Source: Rhodospirillaceae bacterium (lineage in GTDB: Bacteria; Pseudomonadota; Alphaproteobacteria; Reyranellales; Reyranellaceae). From it: a stretch of DNA of 64,000 nt. Position 1 is the stretch's first letter, and the number at the start of each line of letters is the position of its first letter. This document shows positions 51,912 through 59,563 of the stretch, piece by piece. A program made the translations under genes and the position numbers. The DNA is taken from NCBI GenBank assembly GCA_009772935.1, contig WOUR01000015.1, forward strand, positions 36,970-100,969, read 5' to 3'. Below the pieces are notes generated by a model that was not told the origin of the DNA, did no database searches, and saw only the letters and a list, made by a program, of their open reading frames with translations.

Positions 51912-52853
51912 CTAGCCGGCTTTCAGACGGGCGGCCACTCGCCGCATCGTTCGCCGCCTGAGTTGGCGGCGCGCCCACATCCATGTCCCGGTCACGATCA
52001 GACCAGCCAGGATGATCGAGGTGACCACGTTCATCAGGGCCGACCATGCGCCGGCGAAATTGCCTTCGTGCCAGAGTCTCGGCCAGTTGCGCGGCAAGGC
52101 GACCGTCCCTTGGGGCGTGATCGCATAAAGGCGATATTCCCCACCCTCCGCGAGACGCGCCACCATGCGGCCGCCCAGGGAGCGCAGCCATACCAATGTC
52201 GAGAGATCATGGCGTTCGCCGACGACGCGCACCGCCTCGGCGAGAGTCACTGCGGGGCCGCGGGTCGACGGGGCGTTCCCGGCTGGCGTGGCAAGGGTGA
52301 TGCCGAACGCCAAACAGAGGCCGGTCAGCGGCGACAGCAGGATTAAGGGTAGCACGCCCCAGGCCATGCCCTTGTGCCACCCGGAAAGGGTATTCGACAC
52401 GCGGGGCACGCCCAACAGCAGGCCGAGGATGGCGACGGCCAGCATCGCCACCGTCGAACTCACGACCAGCCAGCCTGCATCGATCAACAGCTTCTCGTGC
52501 AGGCGCCTTGTCAGGCCAAGCACCATTGCCAGGGACGACGGCGCGGGCAGCAACTCGCCAGTCGCGACATCGACGACTTTCCCGGCGTTGCGCGCGATGC
52601 TGATCGTGACGGTGCGATCGTAGCTGCGATACGCCAGCATTTGCGCCTGGCCGCTCGGGTCGTGCCGGCCGAGCAGGGCGGTGACCCGGTCGCTCGTGAG
52701 GGACTTCGGCCCAATGGACTCGACGACCAGCCAGGGCTCGAAGGAAAGGATCAAGCCGCTCGCGACAACCAGGAGAAGCGGAAGCGCGAAGAGGAGCGCG
52801 ATCCATCTGTGCAGTTTGAGGAGCCTGGCCTTCACGCAATATCTCCGCGACAC
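51912..52853 (-). CDS. PepSY-associated TM helix domain protein
   Basis: KLHRWIALLF..PL...ASG; RRLHEKLL; WHK; RLWHEG. Confidence 0.8.
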   Translation of the reverse strand: MSRRYCVKARLLKLHRWIALLFALPLLLVVASGLILSFEPWLVVESIGPKSLTSDRVTALLGRHDPSGQAQMLAYRSYDRTVTISIARNAGKVVDVATGELLPAPSSLAMVLGLTRRLHEKLLIDAGWLVVSSTVAMLAVAILGLLLGVPRVSNTLSGWHKGMAWGVLPLILLSPLTGLCLAFGITLATPAGNAPSTRGPAVTLAEAVRVVGERHDLSTLVWLRSLGGRMVARLAEGGEYRLYAITPQGTVALPRNWPRLWHEGNFAGAWSALMNVVTSIILAGLIVTGTWMWARRQLRRRTMRRVAARLKAG

Positions 52854-53009
52854 GATGCCCGCTCTTCTCGCCCGAACCGGCCAACGCCATCAAGACGCGG
52901 TTCGTTGCTGCAAGGTAAAGAATCGTGAAGCGGACTCAGCACCGATGGAGAAATCGTGGCCCGGTCGATAGTGACCAGGTGCGGCACGCGAGGTTAAGTC
53001 CTGGCCGCG

Positions 53010-53810
53010 TCATTCCCTTTCTCCGCGTTCAGCGCCGTCGGCGTCCTGGAAGCGCGAGAAGACGTCGCGCAACAGGTCCGGCGCCGTCCGTGCAGGGACG
53101 CGCGACGGCACCTCGTCGGCGTACCGCAGTGCATAGACGAGAGGCATCCAGGACACGCCCGCGTCCTCGCTGTCGGCCAGCAACAACGCCCGCGAGGGGC
53201 GCGCCGGAAGCGCGACCGTCTCGATGGTATCGGGTGCAGGCGACACGCACTTGGCCGCGGGTGAGGTGACGAGATATTGCCGGCAACTGAGCGGCCGGTC
53301 GGGATGGATGGAACAGGCCTCGTTCTCGAGAAACGGGCAGGCAACGCCTTGCCGGAAGTAGCGCATGCCGAGACCGGCGGTCGAATCAGTTACTTCCTCT
53401 CTCGCGGCGTCGATCTCTCTGGTCACGCCACCGGAATGAAGCGTCTGCAATGCCGCGGCGAAGCGGCGTCGAATCTCTTCGCGCCGCGGCCCCGGCATGG
53501 CGGCGACCAGCGCGGCGAGTGCGCGCGCTTCGGCTTGCGATATCGGCACGAGCTGGCGGCAACAGGCTCCGCAGCCCGCGCGGCAGGAGATGGTGCGCCC
53601 CGCTGACTCGGCGACCTCGACACCCCGGTTGACCACGAAATCGGTCAACCCCTGCAAGATCGGCAGCACGTCCTCGAAGCCGATGGGGCCGGAAGGCACG
53701 GCCATTTCGAGCGTGACCGGCTCCCCGCCGAGAACCAGCACGACCCGTCCGACGACCAGCGCGTCACGCGCCGGGTCGCCTGCCAGAAGCTGCAGCGTCG
53801 CTTCGCTCAA
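53010..53810 (-). CDS. YkgJ family Cys-cluster (putative Fe-S/Zn) protein
   Basis: CRAGCGACC, CPFL..EACSIHPDRPLSCR; TTG start overlapping the upstream stop. Confidence 0.85.
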   Translation of the reverse strand: MSEATLQLLAGDPARDALVVGRVVLVLGGEPVTLEMAVPSGPIGFEDVLPILQGLTDFVVNRGVEVAESAGRTISCRAGCGACCRQLVPISQAEARALAALVAAMPGPRREEIRRRFAAALQTLHSGGVTREIDAAREEVTDSTAGLGMRYFRQGVACPFLENEACSIHPDRPLSCRQYLVTSPAAKCVSPAPDTIETVALPARPSRALLLADSEDAGVSWMPLVYALRYADEVPSRVPARTAPDLLRDVFSRFQDADGAERGERE

Positions 53811-54109
53811 CGCCGCTGGGGCGACGGGGTGGCGGTCGCCGGGCCGGTCGTGGAGGGCAGCGCGGTGGAGGCGCCCGCCTTGTCGGTGCGGCAGTACTTG
53901 TCGCCCTTGTACTCGACCAGTGTCCCCTTGCCGGCGACGCAGGCATTGGATGACGCCAAATCCCTGATGTCTATTTTCTGGAAGTTGAAGGAATTGGGAA
54001 GAGCGTCCATCTTCAAGTAGATTGGGTCCGCCGCTTGCGCTGGCACGATGACTGTTCCCAGGTCGAAGGCGACCGCGCCCATCATGATGAGGCCGAGTTC
54101 CTTGCGCAT
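53807..54109 (-). CDS. hypothetical secreted protein (Cys pair, Thr/Pro-rich tail)
   Basis: Signal peptide ending AQA; GGAGAG RBS. Confidence 0.6.
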   Translation of the reverse strand: MRKELGLIMMGAVAFDLGTVIVPAQAADPIYLKMDALPNSFNFQKIDIRDLASSNACVAGKGTLVEYKGDKYCRTDKAGASTALPSTTGPATATPSPQRR

Positions 54110-54131
54110 GTTGCTCTCTCCTTGCTGGCGA

Positions 54132-54590
54132 TCAGCGGATTGCGGGTCTCTGCCCTGATGGCGATTCGAGTGACACGGCCTCGCGGCAGACCTTCTGACC
54201 GTTGGCCATCGCCACCATCACGGGCTTGACGGTAACATTGTATGTCGACGTCGCCGCTGTCTGATTGGAGACACCGACCGGATACTTGACGGTGAAGGAA
54301 TAGTTGCCGGCATTGTTCAGCCGGATTGGCACTTCCTCGCCGGCATGGAGGAGGCCCATCATCTGGTCATGCACGACCTGCTGGTTTGCGACGTTGGTGA
54401 AGATGAACCGGTAGGTTGTCGTATTCGGTCCGACCTTGACGAGGATGTTGTAAGCATTGCCGTGGCGCATGAAGCACCCGGCCTGGAAACCGAGTATCTG
54501 CGGGTTCGGCGCCTGTGCTTCTGCCGTCGCCGGCGCCAAGGCAAGCATCGCCACGCCCGGTAACGCGGCCGAAAAGATCCTGAAAAGCAT
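54132..54590 (-). CDS. hypothetical secreted beta-rich protein (two Cys)
   Basis: Signal peptide ending AEA-Q; alternating hydrophobic pattern. Confidence 0.6.
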   Translation of the reverse strand: MLFRIFSAALPGVAMLALAPATAEAQAPNPQILGFQAGCFMRHGNAYNILVKVGPNTTTYRFIFTNVANQQVVHDQMMGLLHAGEEVPIRLNNAGNYSFTVKYPVGVSNQTAATSTYNVTVKPVMVAMANGQKVCREAVSLESPSGQRPAIR

Positions 54591-54686
54591 GGGCCCCCAC
54601 TCGTCACGCCATGGCAGCGTGACCCGGCAATAGTTGCATATAACGTGAGTGTTTTGTTAGTCCGAATAGCGGCGTTTTCAGGCCGC

Positions 54687-55793
54687 TCACGTCAAGCCCG
54701 CCCTGTGGGCGCACGCCAGGGCCAGCTGCCATTTGGCCCGAAACTCAAGGCATTCCGGCGCAAGCGCGTGCGCCCGGCCATACCAGCTTGCGCTCTCCCC
54801 GTATCGCTCCGCCCGGAAGAGCGAAAGTCCGGCTTCCGCCAGAGCACCAGCGCCAAGGATATTCCTGTCGTAGGCGAATTCGCCGACCAGTGTATCGGCA
54901 TCGATGGCAGCCAGCCGCTCGAAGATCTCGAGAGCCTCGTGCCAGCGGTGCAGGGCAGCGAGCGCCCGCGCCTCCAGACAATCGAGCAGGAGATTGTTCC
55001 CCAGCAACGAGCGTGTTTCACCGATCAGATCGAGCGCCTCGCCGCTCGCGCCTGCGACCAGCCTCTGCCTGGCCAGTTCGGTGAAACACAGCGATTGCTC
55101 CGCCAGCCGACGCGGCGATCGGCGTGCTGCCTCGATGCCCGAATGCCAGGCCCGCTCGGCTTCCGGCAGGCAACCCTTCTCGAGATGGATCGAACCGAGA
55201 TGCCACCAGAGATAGGACCGGTCCGGATCGATCTTCACCTGGCGCGCCAACATGGCCAAGTCGCGCTCGTGCTTGCGGACCGACCCTCCATCATAGCCCA
55301 GGTGATCGATCGTGAGGTCCGTACAGCCCATGGCGCCGCCTTCCCTGTCGACCAGCCGCCCAAGCGAGGGCACGATCGTCTCGTGGAATGCCCCCTCGAA
55401 TCGAATGTCGGGATGGCGTCGGAACAGGCGCAGCTCGCGATAGGCCGTAAGGCCGGTCTGCGGATAGAAGCGCAGACGGGCCGCGCGCAAACTTGGAGCA
55501 GCGAGCTCGTGGTCGAGCATTGCGCGCGTGTACGGGCGAATGCGCTCATCGGCATCGATCTGTAGAATCCAATCGCCGGACGCCCGGTCGAGCGCGAAGT
55601 TGCGCGCCGCGGCGAAATCCTCGCGCCAGACGAAGTCGTGAAGTGTCGCGCCACGGTCAAGCGCAATGGCACGCGTGCGGTCGGTCGATCCGGTATCGAC
55701 GACCACGATCTCGTCGGCGAAGCCTTGCAACGAGTCGAGACAGTCGGGGAGGAATTTCTCTTCGTTCCGGACGATCAGGGTTGCCGAAAGCAT
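54687..55793 (-). CDS. GT2 glycosyltransferase with C-terminal TPR-like helices
   Basis: IVRNEE..L..CLDSL, DEIVVVDTGSTDRT, DFAAARN, DADE (DxD), HLGY; helical repeats after. Confidence 0.9.
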   Translation of the reverse strand: MLSATLIVRNEEKFLPDCLDSLQGFADEIVVVDTGSTDRTRAIALDRGATLHDFVWREDFAAARNFALDRASGDWILQIDADERIRPYTRAMLDHELAAPSLRAARLRFYPQTGLTAYRELRLFRRHPDIRFEGAFHETIVPSLGRLVDREGGAMGCTDLTIDHLGYDGGSVRKHERDLAMLARQVKIDPDRSYLWWHLGSIHLEKGCLPEAERAWHSGIEAARRSPRRLAEQSLCFTELARQRLVAGASGEALDLIGETRSLLGNNLLLDCLEARALAALHRWHEALEIFERLAAIDADTLVGEFAYDRNILGAGALAEAGLSLFRAERYGESASWYGRAHALAPECLEFRAKWQLALACAHRAGLT

Positions 55794-55831
55794 TCCTTGG
55801 CGTCCAACGGCAGCGCGTCGCCAACAGCGGC

Positions 55832-56101
55832 TTAGCGCTTGGCCGGCTCGTTCGCTCTGCCGGTATTGCCGGGAATCGCCGGATCGCCCTGCTTGCTCGC
55901 ACCGCCCGGATTGGAGCGAATGACCGCGTCACCCACGCCGTTGAAGGTCCGGATCGGGTTCTGGGTCTCGGCGAGAGCATCCATCGGAAAGGAGGCCACG
56001 GCCGGCAGCACGAAGGCGCTGTTCAGCAGGAGCTTGCGGAGAAGGTCACGTCGCGATTTGTCGACGCTGGCCAACACGCGAGGATCGATACCGTCTTCCA
56101 T
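55832..56101 (-). CDS. small twin-arginine-leader peptide; candidate RiPP precursor or modified secreted peptide
   Basis: MEDGIDPRVLASVDKSRRDLLRKLLLNSAFVLPAVASFPMDALA followed by a polar Gly/Pro/Asn tail; lies between kinase and GT2. Confidence 0.7.
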   Translation of the reverse strand: MEDGIDPRVLASVDKSRRDLLRKLLLNSAFVLPAVASFPMDALAETQNPIRTFNGVGDAVIRSNPGGASKQGDPAIPGNTGRANEPAKR

Positions 56102-56114
56102 GGACACATTCGTA

Positions 56115-56936
56115 TCAAAGGAGGCCCCTCATCGCAATGACGGCCGACTCCGGATCGCCCAGTTCGACGAGGCAGGTGCGGGCCCCGTCCAGCATGCGGG
56201 CGATGTCACCGATCCATTGCCCCCGTGCCGACGGCGGCGCCGTCGCCTGCGCGAGCAGGCGGCGGGCCATGTCGAGCTTGCCCGTTTCGATCACCCGACT
56301 CCGCGAGCCATGGTTCGCCTCGAGGTAGAAAACCGCGGAAACGGTCGCGGCTGCGATGTTCCAGTTTCTGCCGAAGTCGGTTGGATCGACGGGAAACCAC
56401 CAGTCGCGTGCCGAAGCCCCCTTGCGGGCGACGACGACGGGAAGATCCCGCAGTTGCGGCAGCAAGGCCACGCTGGGCTCGTTCACCCTGAACCGCCAGG
56501 GAAAGGCCATCGCCTGGCCATCGGCCACCAGCACGAGATCGTCGCCGCTCACGTCGTAGCCCTCGAACAGCAAGCGTAGGGCGAGCGTCGTCTTTCCCGA
56601 GTTTCGAGGCCCGGCGATGAGGAAACTCCCGCCGGCAGCTCGCCCGATGGCCGCTCGCAACCGGACATGGTCGGGCAAGGCGGCCAGTGCGTCGCGATGC
56701 ATCCGCCGAAGAAGATTCTCGGCGGCATAGAAGGCGGTCAGTTCGAAGTCGTCGCCGTCCGACCCGCCGCTGATCCTGAATTCGCCGTCGAGTTGCCGGG
56801 CGGCGAGCGTAAGGCGCCGCAGGATGGCCATTGCCTGGTGGGGCGACGGCGCTGCTTCCCGCAGGCGACGGCGTACGTCGTCGCACTCCGTGTCGATCGT
56901 GAACTCCGTGGCAAGGAGCTGGATTCGATCGGACAC
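56115..56936 (-). CDS. HPr kinase (HprK)-related P-loop kinase
   Basis: LIAGPRNSGKTT Walker A, SGDDLVLV, FPWRF; 1-nt gap to pqqD. Confidence 0.72.
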   Translation of the reverse strand: MSDRIQLLATEFTIDTECDDVRRRLREAAPSPHQAMAILRRLTLAARQLDGEFRISGGSDGDDFELTAFYAAENLLRRMHRDALAALPDHVRLRAAIGRAAGGSFLIAGPRNSGKTTLALRLLFEGYDVSGDDLVLVADGQAMAFPWRFRVNEPSVALLPQLRDLPVVVARKGASARDWWFPVDPTDFGRNWNIAAATVSAVFYLEANHGSRSRVIETGKLDMARRLLAQATAPPSARGQWIGDIARMLDGARTCLVELGDPESAVIAMRGLL

Positions 56937-56937
56937 G

Positions 56938-57207
56938 TCAGCCGATCAGGCCTTCGCGTGTGAGCGTCTCCAGGCAGGTCGCGACCGCCTCGATCGGCGG
57001 TTCCGCGAGATCGAACGCCAGTTGCAGCAACTCGGGAAGATCGCCGACGGAATTCCGGCCGTTGCACAACTCGAGGACGACGGCCGCCGTCGCATTGAGA
57101 TAATGGATGCGATCGCGAGCCGGCTGATAGACTATGTAGCCGTCGGCGACGGGATTGATCTCGAGGCCGGATACGGAAGATGGGCATTCGAGCGAGCGCA
57201 TGGGCAT
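56938..57207 (-). CDS. stand-alone PqqD family / RiPP recognition element (RRE) protein
   Basis: GYIVYQPARDRIHYLNATAAVVLELCNGRNSVGDL...LETLTREGLI; only the last ~89 aa of track ORF 56938..58206. Confidence 0.85.
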   Translation of the reverse strand: MPMRSLECPSSVSGLEINPVADGYIVYQPARDRIHYLNATAAVVLELCNGRNSVGDLPELLQLAFDLAEPPIEAVATCLETLTREGLIG

Positions 57208-57270
57208 CGACGGAAGGATGCCCAAGCCCCTATCGGATGGCAAGGTTCGGGGGGACCGGTAACCGTGCCG

Positions 57271-58800
57271 ATGACACGCGACGAACTGGCAACTGCGCTG
57301 AGAGCGGCTGCTGCGTCGCGGGAAGACTTTCCCGAGGATCGTTTCGACGGACGCGGCATCGTCATCTGTGCCGGCGGCGCGCGAATGTTCACCTGCGCCT
57401 GGATATGCATCGGCATGTTGCGGCGCCTCGGTTGCACCCTGCCGATCGAGGTATGGCACCTCGGGAGCGAGGAGATGGGGCCGCCGATGCGCGGCTTGCT
57501 CGCCGAACTCGGCGCCGAGACGATCGATGCGCATGAAGTCGCCAAGCATCACGCCGTCCGCAGGCTCGGCGGCTGGGAACTCAAGCCCTACGCCCTTCTT
57601 CATTCGCGCTTCCGCCAAGTGCTGTTGCTCGATGCGGACAACGTGCCCGTGAAGGATCCGACCGGACTTTTCGACGATCCGGGTTTCCGCGAGACGGGCG
57701 CGATGTTCTGGCCGGATCTGCTGCGCCTGTCGCGCAGCAACGCGATCTGGGCCATCGCCGGCCTGGAGCGCCGCGACTGCGTGTCCTTCGAGTCCGGGCA
57801 GCTTCTGCTCGACAAGTCGAGATGCTGGCGGGCGCTGTTGCTCGCCCACTGGATGAACCAGCGGTCCGAGGACTTCTACGGTATCCTCCACGGCGACAAG
57901 GACACGTTCCTCATCGCCTGGCTGATGCTGGGGCAGCGCCATCATCTCATTCCACACCAGCCCAAGCAGCTCGAGGCGACGATTTGCCAGCGCGGTCCCG
58001 ACGGCAGCATCCTCTTCCAGCATCGCAACGGCGCGAAGTGGGTACTGAGAGGGATCAATCCGGCCATTGAGGGTTTTCGGCGGGAAGCCGACTGTTTTGC
58101 GCTGCTCGCAGACCTCGACGAAAGATGGGACGGCTATGTCTTCAACCCGCCGGGGCGTTCCGGCGCGGCCAAGGCGCTGGAGCGCGGTCTCGCCGCAGTC
58201 CGCCACTTCCGCTACGTTCGCGTTTCATCCGACGAGCGCCGGGTGGAACTGCTGGCCGACCATCGAATCGGTGGTGCCGGCGGCGATGAATTCTACTGGT
58301 ATGTGACCGAGATCGACGCTTCGCCGGTGCTGGTCCTGGCCGGGAACGGCGCAAGCAGCAACCGGCTTCGCCTCGATCCCGATGGCGTGTGGCGCGGTCG
58401 GCTGCCCTACGGCCCCGGCACGCCCGTCGAGCTGGTCCCGCTGACGCCTGGCGCCGTCGCCGTCGCCGTCCGACAGGCGCCGGCGACCGGACAGTGCTTC
58501 GTGCGTGCCCTCCTCGAGCGCGCGTTCGCTGCCTACGAGTCGCTGCCTCGTGATCGGGAGACGACCCGCGATTTCATGGGCTTCCTGCGCACACTCTCGA
58601 TCCTCGATCCCACGGTCAAGGACGATCTGGCCCTGTCGGCGCCCGGCGAGGTCGGAGAAAAGCGCCGCCAGATGATCTCGCTCGCACTCGATGGATGGGC
58701 AGACCATGTCCAGCGACCGGACGGCAGCGGCGGCATCTCGTCGGGCCACGGCTGGAACCGGCATTCCTTCCCGCTCGCGGGTTATGACCCTGCCTCCTGA
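57271..58800 (+). CDS. GT71 (Mannosyl_trans3; Mnn1/Mnn2-like) glycosyltransferase with C-terminal extension
   Basis: RGIVICAG, LPIEVW, KPYALLHSRFRQVLLLDADN, FWPD, ESGQLLLDK, GDKDTF. Confidence 0.85.
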   Translation: MTRDELATALRAAAASREDFPEDRFDGRGIVICAGGARMFTCAWICIGMLRRLGCTLPIEVWHLGSEEMGPPMRGLLAELGAETIDAHEVAKHHAVRRLGGWELKPYALLHSRFRQVLLLDADNVPVKDPTGLFDDPGFRETGAMFWPDLLRLSRSNAIWAIAGLERRDCVSFESGQLLLDKSRCWRALLLAHWMNQRSEDFYGILHGDKDTFLIAWLMLGQRHHLIPHQPKQLEATICQRGPDGSILFQHRNGAKWVLRGINPAIEGFRREADCFALLADLDERWDGYVFNPPGRSGAAKALERGLAAVRHFRYVRVSSDERRVELLADHRIGGAGGDEFYWYVTEIDASPVLVLAGNGASSNRLRLDPDGVWRGRLPYGPGTPVELVPLTPGAVAVAVRQAPATGQCFVRALLERAFAAYESLPRDRETTRDFMGFLRTLSILDPTVKDDLALSAPGEVGEKRRQMISLALDGWADHVQRPDGSGGISSGHGWNRHSFPLAGYDPAS

Positions 58801-59563
58801 ACAAGCCCGCCTCCTCGTCCTCACGCCCGTCAAGGATGCGACGCGCCACCTCGACCTCTATTGGCACAACCTCGCGAAGCTGACCTACCCGGCCAAGGCG
58901 ATCTCGGTCGGATTGCTGGAGAGCGACAGCCGGGACGACACATTCGAGCGGCTTCGCAACAGGCTGGGCGAATTGCGCGCCCGCTACGCGGACGTGGGAC
59001 TCTGGAAGAAGGATTTCGGCTTTCGGATGCCGGAGGACGTCCCGCGCTGGAGCCACCCCTGGCAACTCGAACGCCGGCGCGTGCTCGCAAAGGCCCGCAA
59101 TCATCTCCTCTTCCGGGCAATGGCCGATCACGATTGGATCCTCTGGCTCGATGTCGATGTGGTCGAGTATCCGGCCGACCTTCCACAGCGCCTGATTTCT
59201 ACCGGCCGCGGCATCGTGCATCCCCATTGCGTCCATGACTATGGTGGCCCCACCTTCGACCGCAACGGCTGGCGCGAGCAGGGTCTCGTCCACATGGATG
59301 CGCTGCGCGGCGGACCCGACCTTGTCCGCCTCGACAGCGTCGGCGGAAGCGTGCTGCTGGTGCGCGCCGACATCCATCGCGACGGCCTGATCTTCCCGCC
59401 TTTTCCCTATGGCAAGGGTCATCCCGCCGTGCGCCGGCCTGGACCGTGGGGAGCGCAGATGGAAGGGGAAATCGAAACCGAAGGCCTCGGCATCATGGCG
59501 ACCGAGATGGGACACCAGTGCTGGGGCATGCCCAACCTGGAAGTCCTGCACGCCCGGAACTGA
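58784..59563 (+). CDS. GT62 (Anp1/Mnn9/Van1-like) glycosyltransferase
   Basis: LTYP, KKDFG, ARNHLL, WILWLDVDVVEYP, DSVGG..LLVRADIHRDG..FP, IETEG, GMPN..VLH. Confidence 0.88.
   Translation: MTLPPEQARLLVLTPVKDATRHLDLYWHNLAKLTYPAKAISVGLLESDSRDDTFERLRNRLGELRARYADVGLWKKDFGFRMPEDVPRWSHPWQLERRRVLAKARNHLLFRAMADHDWILWLDVDVVEYPADLPQRLISTGRGIVHPHCVHDYGGPTFDRNGWREQGLVHMDALRGGPDLVRLDSVGGSVLLVRADIHRDGLIFPPFPYGKGHPAVRRPGPWGAQMEGEIETEGLGIMATEMGHQCWGMPNLEVLHARN

Noticed and set aside
53950-54040. DPIYLKMD...SFNFQKID resembling the ends of Hcp (T6SS tube) proteins
   Set aside because: Only two short motifs, the protein is far too short, it has a Sec signal, and no T6SS genes are nearby.
54687-57207. Lasso peptide or glycocin cluster
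   Set aside because: No asparagine-synthetase-like cyclase or B2 protease; the core has no Cys, and there is no double-Gly leader or C39 exporter as in glycocins.
56824-57270. 149-aa N-terminal extension of the GT71 ORF
   Set aside because: Overlaps pqqD and the kinase antisense. The GT71-like sequence begins near MTRDEL (57271).
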